This document shows, in pieces, positions 58,649 through 64,000 of a stretch of 64,000 bases of DNA. Under the pieces are notes generated by a model. That model had not been told where the DNA came from. It saw only the letters and a program-made list of their open reading frames with translations, and searched no databases. The position numbers and the translations under genes were made by a program. Numbering within the stretch: the first letter of the stretch is position 1; each line of letters begins with the position of its first letter. Source of the stretch: an uncultured Chloroflexia bacterium (lineage in GTDB: Bacteria > Chloroflexota > Dehalococcoidia > UBA2979); assembly GCA_963728205.1 (NCBI GenBank), contig CAVSIV010000002.1:448001-512000 (forward strand). Direction: 5' to 3'.

Positions 58649-59103
58649 TTTGGGCCGCGCGGTCGCTTGCTCTACTCGATAACGTCCTCCTGTGGCACGT
58701 GATCGGCGCGTGAAGTCGCCTGATTCGCGCACATCAAGCGTGGCCGGTTGACCCCGCGCTCAAATGGTATGGATTCATCATTCCTCCCCGGGGCTCACCA
58801 ACGGATCACATATGACAGCGACGAGTATCCGTTCGCTCTCATTTTCGACGTATGCAAAATTGTTCTATCCGAAGGCTCGGGGGATCTTCGAGCCACGCGC
58901 CTCGCGAGGTCCGGATGAGACGCGAGCAGCCCATTCGCTGGCGACGCTGGACGGGCCGGGGTTGTGACCGGGGCGAGCACACGACACATCCGGTGCTCGC
59001 CGTCGGTCGCGCCGCGTGCCGATGAGTCGAGGGCGCGCCGCAACCGGGCGCCGCACCTATCATCCCCGCGGCGAGACGCACCACGGAGACGAACGGGGAA
59101 CGC

Positions 59104-59904
59104 ATGGCCGTGCTCGAGACCACGCAGGACGGACACGTCCGCATCATCCGGCTCAATCGGCCGGAGAAGAAGAACGCGCTCTCCCAGGAGCTCGCGTGGG
59201 GCATCATCCACGCCGTCGAGGACGCCGCCGCGGACGACGACGCCTGGGTCGTCGCGATCACCGGCACCGACGACGCCTTCTGCTCCGGCCTCGACCTCTC
59301 GCCGGAGGACGACGGTCGCGACCACACCGGCCTCACCCCGCAGGCTGCCTACCTCGACGACCTGAGCTGGGTCAGCCGCTTCCCGCTCGTCTTGCGCGAG
59401 CGCTGCGACAAGCCGGTCGTCGCCGGCCTCAACGGCGTCGCGGTCGGCGCCGGGCTGTCGCTCGCGATGGCCTCCGACATCCGCCTCATGGCGCAGAGCG
59501 CGCGCCTGATCGCCGGCTACCCGCGCATCGGCGGCTCGCCCGACGGCGGCCTGTCGTGGACGCTGCCGCAGACGATGGGCTACGAGCAGGCGATGCGCTT
59601 CCTCCTCGAGAACCGCACGGTCGGCGCCGACGAGGCGCTGCGGCTCGGCATGGTCGGCGAGGTCGTGCCGGACGATCGCTTCGCGACGCGCTTCGCCGAG
59701 TACTGCGCGTCGCTCACGCACCTCTCGCCGATCACGGCGCGACTGACGAAGCGCGTGGTGCGCCACGCGACGGCGCTTGCCGACCCCGAGGGCCACATGC
59801 GCTACGAGCTGCTCAACATCGGCAGGGCGTTCGGAAGCGACGACGGGAAAGAGGCGCGCCGCGCGTTCCTCGAGCGGCGCGAGCCGCGCTTCGAGGGTCG
59901 CTGA
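59104..59904 (+). CDS. Enoyl-CoA hydratase/isomerase family protein
   Basis: LNRPEKKNAL, AFCSGLDL, NGVAVGAG, PDGG, FLERREPRFEGR. Confidence 0.92.
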   Translation: MAVLETTQDGHVRIIRLNRPEKKNALSQELAWGIIHAVEDAAADDDAWVVAITGTDDAFCSGLDLSPEDDGRDHTGLTPQAAYLDDLSWVSRFPLVLRERCDKPVVAGLNGVAVGAGLSLAMASDIRLMAQSARLIAGYPRIGGSPDGGLSWTLPQTMGYEQAMRFLLENRTVGADEALRLGMVGEVVPDDRFATRFAEYCASLTHLSPITARLTKRVVRHATALADPEGHMRYELLNIGRAFGSDDGKEARRAFLERREPRFEGR

Positions 59905-59930
59905 GCGGGCGCGCACGAAGGGAGACGGAC

Positions 59931-60854
59931 ATGGACATCGGACTGATCGCGCTCGGCGGACGGCTCGAGTCGCTCGTGCAGGGCGCCGCCGACGCCGAGC
60001 GGGACGGCTTCGCGTCGTACGCGATGGCAAACATCTTCGGCCACGACGCGATCGGCACGCTGACGCTCGCGGGCACGCGCACGTCGCGCATCGAGCTGAT
60101 GACGGCGGTGGTGCCGACCTACCCGCGGCACCCGGCCGCGATCGCGCAGCAGGCGCTGACCGCGGCCACGGCGGCGGGCGGGCGGTTCACGCTCGGCATC
60201 GGACTCTCGCACCAGGTGGTGATCGAGGGCATGTACGGCTACTCGTACGACCGCCCTGCACGACCGATGCGCGAGTACCTGTCGATCCTCCTGCCGCTGC
60301 TGCGCGGCGAGCCGGTGCAGGTGGCGGGCGAGCACTACACGTTCCGCGGCGGCCTGCGCGCCGCCGACGTCCCGTACCCCGTGCCCTGCGTGATCGCGGC
60401 GATGGCGCCGGTCATGCTCCGCCTCGCCGGCGAGCTGGCCGACGGCACGGTGCTGTGGATGACCGGCGCGAAGGCCGTCCGCGACCACGTCGCGCCGCGC
60501 GTCCGCGCCGCCGCGCGCGACGCCGGCCGCCCCGAGCCGCGCATCGTCGCCTCGCTGCCCATGGCGCTGACGAGCGACGTCGCCGCCGCGCGCGCGGCGG
60601 CGAACCAGCAGTTCGAGAACTACGGCCGGCTGCCGTCCTATCGCGCGATGCTCGACAAGCAGGGGGCGCCGAACCCCGGCGACGCCGCGCTGATCGGCGA
60701 CGAGGCGGCGCTCGACGCGGCGCTGCGCGAGATGGAGGAGGCCGGCGCGACGACCTTCAACGGCGCGCCCTTCGACGACGGCACCGGGTCGCTGGCCCGC
60801 ACCCACGCGTACCTCGCGTCGCGCGCACGCGAGCGGGCGTCCGCTCGTGCGTGA
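59931..60854 (+). CDS. LLM-class F420-dependent oxidoreductase
   Basis: TAVVPTYPRHP, GRFTLGIGLSH, LAGELADG, LPSYRAML. Confidence 0.88.
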   Translation: MDIGLIALGGRLESLVQGAADAERDGFASYAMANIFGHDAIGTLTLAGTRTSRIELMTAVVPTYPRHPAAIAQQALTAATAAGGRFTLGIGLSHQVVIEGMYGYSYDRPARPMREYLSILLPLLRGEPVQVAGEHYTFRGGLRAADVPYPVPCVIAAMAPVMLRLAGELADGTVLWMTGAKAVRDHVAPRVRAAARDAGRPEPRIVASLPMALTSDVAAARAAANQQFENYGRLPSYRAMLDKQGAPNPGDAALIGDEAALDAALREMEEAGATTFNGAPFDDGTGSLARTHAYLASRARERASARA

Positions 60855-61245
60855 CCCCGGCGCCGGCGACGACACGCTGCGCGTCTGGCGCGTCTACACC
60901 GGCGATGACGCGCAGACGCACGTCGAGACGCTCGACGTGCCGCTCGCCGCGACCGGTCGCGGCGGCGCGATGTCGCGGCTGCTCGCGGGCAGCGGCGTGA
61001 TCCTGCGGCGCACCGGGCTGGAGTACGACCTCGACTGGCACCCCGCGCCGCGCCGCCAGTTCGTCGTCACGATCTCGGGCCGCGGCGAGATGGAGACCAG
61101 CGACGGCACGGTGCTGCCGCTCGAGCCCGGGACGATCGTGCTGGTCGAGGACGTCGACGGCATCGGCCACCGCTCGCGCGCCGTCGGCGACGAGCCGCGC
61201 GTGTCGCTCTTCCTGCCGCTGGACGACGCGACGGAGGTGCCGTAG
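60847..61245 (+). CDS. Cupin-like small protein
   Basis: YTGDDAQTH, WHPAPRRQFV, ED..G.GH motifs. Confidence 0.75.
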   Translation: MRDPGAGDDTLRVWRVYTGDDAQTHVETLDVPLAATGRGGAMSRLLAGSGVILRRTGLEYDLDWHPAPRRQFVVTISGRGEMETSDGTVLPLEPGTIVLVEDVDGIGHRSRAVGDEPRVSLFLPLDDATEVP

Positions 61246-61280
61246 GCGCGCAGGCGGCAGGGCCCGTCGAAGGCGCGTCC

Positions 61281-61365
61281 ACCACAGCGGCGGCAGATAT
61301 GCCGCCGACGCCAACGCGACCCGGGGGCCGCGATCTGTCGGCGGCATGTCTGCCGCCGCTGTGGT
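61281..61365. repeat. REPIN-like element family B, copy 3 (unrelated spacer)
   Basis: ACCACAGCGGCGGCAGATATGCCGCCGAC ... GTCGGCGGCATGTCTGCCGCCGCTGTGGT between convergent genes. Confidence 0.8.
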
Positions 61366-61384
61366 GTCGTCCGCGGCCCACCCG

Positions 61385-62512
61385 CTACTCCGTCAGCGCG
61401 AACGCGTCCGCGTCGGTGATCGCGGCCGCGAGGCGCGCGAGGCCGACGTCGTGCACCGTGCGCATGCGGCCGCTCGGCGGCGCGCCGGCGGCGCCGATCA
61501 CGAAGGTGGCGAACGTGAGGAGCAGCCCCAGCGCGTAGTCGCGGCGCGCGGCGTGCGCGTCGTAACCGCGCACGCCGGCTGCGGCGAGCGCGTCGAGGTA
61601 GGCGGCGATCAGTGCCGCCTCGTGCTGCCGGCGCGCGTCGGGTTGCAGGTCGAGCGCGATGAAGTAAGCCACGTCGTACATCGGCCGGCAGCGCGCGGTG
61701 AACTGCCAGTCGATGGCCTTCGCGCGGCGCTCGCCGTCGCGCGTCACGAAGAAGAGGTTGTCGAGCCGGTAGTCGCCGTGGATCACGCTCACGGGCGGGG
61801 TCGCCGCCGCGGCGAGCAGCGCGGGGTAGCGCTCGATCACCGCCGGCACGCGCGCGGCGAACCCCGCGGGCTCCCGCAGCGCCGGCGCGACGACATCCCA
61901 GGCGCGCCCGAACGCGCCCTGCACCGGCCGTGCGTGGTCGAGCCCGACGGTCGTTTCCGGCAGCCAGTCGAGCGCGTCGCCGAGCTCGGGCGCGTTCCAC
62001 CAGCGCGCGTGCAGCGTCGCGATCGTCTCGACCGCCAGTCGCGCGTCGTCGGCGCTGCACCCGGCGAGCTGGTCGCCCTGCGAGCGCGCGCCGAGGTCCT
62101 CGAGCAGCAGCAGGAAGCCGTCGCTCGTCAGCTCGCCGAAGAAGCAGACCGGCATCGGGAGCGTCGCGGGCGCCGCGGGATGCGCGGCCGAGAGCGCGGC
62201 GAGCTCGCGATAGGCCCGCACCTCGCGCTCGTACCAGCGCTGGAACGCCGCGACCCCGCGCGCGGACGGCGCGCTCGCCGGGAACTTCGCGATCAGCGTC
62301 AGCGGCCCCGCCGCCGCGGAGTACCGCGGCAGCAGTCGAAAGACGTCGCCGTTCACGCCGCCGAGGTCGACCGGGCCGACGCGCACCGACAGCACGCGCG
62401 ACGCCGGGTCGAGCACGCCTGCGTCATGCAGGACGTCGGTGAGCCACGCGGGCGTGATCGCGCCCGGCGCGAGCGGGATGCGTGGCCCGAGCCCGGGTTC
62501 GTGCTGCGGCAA
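61385..62512 (-). CDS. Aminoglycoside/choline/ecdysteroid-kinase-like phosphotransferase
   Basis: LIAK, ERE..AY, LLLEDL, HGDYRLDN, IDWQ. Confidence 0.85.
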   Translation of the reverse strand: MPQHEPGLGPRIPLAPGAITPAWLTDVLHDAGVLDPASRVLSVRVGPVDLGGVNGDVFRLLPRYSAAAGPLTLIAKFPASAPSARGVAAFQRWYEREVRAYRELAALSAAHPAAPATLPMPVCFFGELTSDGFLLLLEDLGARSQGDQLAGCSADDARLAVETIATLHARWWNAPELGDALDWLPETTVGLDHARPVQGAFGRAWDVVAPALREPAGFAARVPAVIERYPALLAAAATPPVSVIHGDYRLDNLFFVTRDGERRAKAIDWQFTARCRPMYDVAYFIALDLQPDARRQHEAALIAAYLDALAAAGVRGYDAHAARRDYALGLLLTFATFVIGAAGAPPSGRMRTVHDVGLARLAAAITDADAFALTE

Positions 62513-62525
62513 CGCGGCGCCCGCC

Positions 62526-63899
62526 TCAGCCCTGCGCCGGCAGCGCGGCCGAGAGGACGTCGCCCACGCCGACCGCCCACCCGAGCAGCGCCTCGTCGTG
62601 CCCGTAGCGCGCGCACAGCTGGAGGCCGAGCGGCAGCCCGCCCTCCGCGGCGCCCGCGGGGAGCACGACCGCCGGCATGCCGGCGTGCGTCCACGGCAGG
62701 TTCATCGCCGGGTCGCCCGTCGCGCCGAGCCCCAGCGGCGCCGGGCCCGGCGCGGCGGGCGACGCCCACGCGTCGACGCCGTGCTCCGCCATGAGCGCCT
62801 CCAGCCGAGCGCGCAACTCCCCGCGGCCGGCCAGGCCGGCGCGAAAGGCGTCGTCGTCGATCGCCGGCGCGCGGTCCATCAACGTGGCGCTCCCCGGGCG
62901 GAACAGCGCGGCGTACGCGCGGAAGCGCTCCGCGTGCACCTCCGCGAACTCGCGCGTGGTCAGCGCGCGGTGGCGGGCGGTGATGGCGTCGATGTCGTCG
63001 AGCGCCGGCACGCGTCGCACCACGTAGCCCGCGGCGCGCAGCGCGTCGAGCGCGCGCTCGAAGCCGGCCAGCCCGTCGGCGGCGGCCTGCGCGAGGTAGG
63101 CGCCGTCGGGCACGCCGAGCACCGGCCGACGCGCGGTCGGCGCGGCGACCTCCGCCTCCCGCCAGCCATCGACCAGCACGCGCGCGGCGATCGGCGCGTC
63201 GGCCGCGCGCTGCACGAACCAGCCGACGGTGTCGACCGAGCGCGAGTACGGCAGCACGCCGTCGCTCGGCACGCGCCCGTAGCTCGGCTTCACGCCGACG
63301 ACGCCACAGAACGCCGCCGGCCGGATCACCGAGCCCACCGTCTGCGTGCCGAGCGCCAGCGCGGCAATCCCCGCCGCGACCGCCGCCGCGGAGCCGCTGC
63401 TCGAACCGCCGGGCGTGCGCGCGGGCGCGTGCGGGTTCGTCGTCGGACCCGGGTCGAAGTACGCGAACTCCGTGGTGACGGTCTTGCCGACGATCAGCGC
63501 GCCGGCCGCCCGCAGCCGCGCGACGACCGGCGCCTCGGGCATCGCGAAGGACGCCGCCGGCACCATCGACCCGGCGCGCGTCGGCAGCCCGTCGACCGCA
63601 ATGATGTCCTTCACCCCCACCGGAGTCCCGAAGAGCGGCGGGCGCGCCGCCGGGTCGGGCCAGCGGCGTTCGAGCGCGGCCGCGTCGCGGAGCAGCCGCT
63701 CGCGGCGGCCGGGCTCGGGCAGCAGCGCGCGCAGGCGCGGCTCGACGGCCTGGATGCGGTCGCAGAGCGCCTCGACGTACCCCGCCAGCCCCCCGGGCGC
63801 GCGCGCCGCAGCGTCCAGCGGAGCGTCCGCGAGCAGCGGCGCCTCCGTGTCAGCGGCGGCCGGGGCGGCGGGTGCGCGGTGGGCGCGAGGTGCGGTCAT
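62526..63899 (-). CDS. Amidase (amidase-signature/GatA family)
   Basis: GVKD, GKTVTTEFA, TPGGSSSGSAAAV, GTQTVGSVIRPAAFCG. Confidence 0.92.
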   Translation of the reverse strand: MTAPRAHRAPAAPAAADTEAPLLADAPLDAAARAPGGLAGYVEALCDRIQAVEPRLRALLPEPGRRERLLRDAAALERRWPDPAARPPLFGTPVGVKDIIAVDGLPTRAGSMVPAASFAMPEAPVVARLRAAGALIVGKTVTTEFAYFDPGPTTNPHAPARTPGGSSSGSAAAVAAGIAALALGTQTVGSVIRPAAFCGVVGVKPSYGRVPSDGVLPYSRSVDTVGWFVQRAADAPIAARVLVDGWREAEVAAPTARRPVLGVPDGAYLAQAAADGLAGFERALDALRAAGYVVRRVPALDDIDAITARHRALTTREFAEVHAERFRAYAALFRPGSATLMDRAPAIDDDAFRAGLAGRGELRARLEALMAEHGVDAWASPAAPGPAPLGLGATGDPAMNLPWTHAGMPAVVLPAGAAEGGLPLGLQLCARYGHDEALLGWAVGVGDVLSAALPAQG

Positions 63900-64000
63900 C
63901 CGCGCGATGATAGCGGCCGTGTCCGGAGCCGGACGTCGCGGTACCATCCCGCGATGCAGCACGCCTCGCCCGCGACCCCGCCGCCGCCCGAGCCGTTTCG

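Overview
Very GC-rich bacterial chromosomal segment. F420-dependent enzymes, acyl-CoA/CoA-transferase catabolic genes and the gene styles suggest a Chloroflexota (Dehalococcoidia-like) or actinobacterial genome; this is inference only. The backbone contains sdhCAB, coaE, thrC, fhs, glmS, an ABC-2 exporter, many catabolic enzymes, tRNA-Leu(CAA) and tRNA-Gly(GCC). Four accessory-looking blocks stand out. (1) A rhodopsin-less ASRT / pyruvate-oxidase / enolase-superfamily / FAD-FeS oxidase / DUF296 operon, in which two genes are joined by a single TCA codon where a stop is expected. (2) An orphan two-gene polymorphic-toxin-like module with a PD-(D/E)xK nuclease domain, beside tRNA-Leu. (3) A ~1990-aa secreted Gly-rich / 12x Ig / pentapeptide-repeat protein, beside tRNA-Gly. 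(4) A glycan-synthesis locus (nucleotide-sugar dehydrogenase, UDP-GlcA decarboxylase, processive GT2, lytic transglycosylase, an unannotated Trp/Arg-rich small ORF, glmS, and a convergent Tat-exported GH25-like muramidase) that carries a duplicated structured 5'-leader element. There are two families of intergenic inverted-repeat elements; in one, two copies share flank orientation but have their internal 34-bp spacer flipped. Several single-base frameshifts may be assembly errors. No CRISPR array, integrase or transposase was seen.
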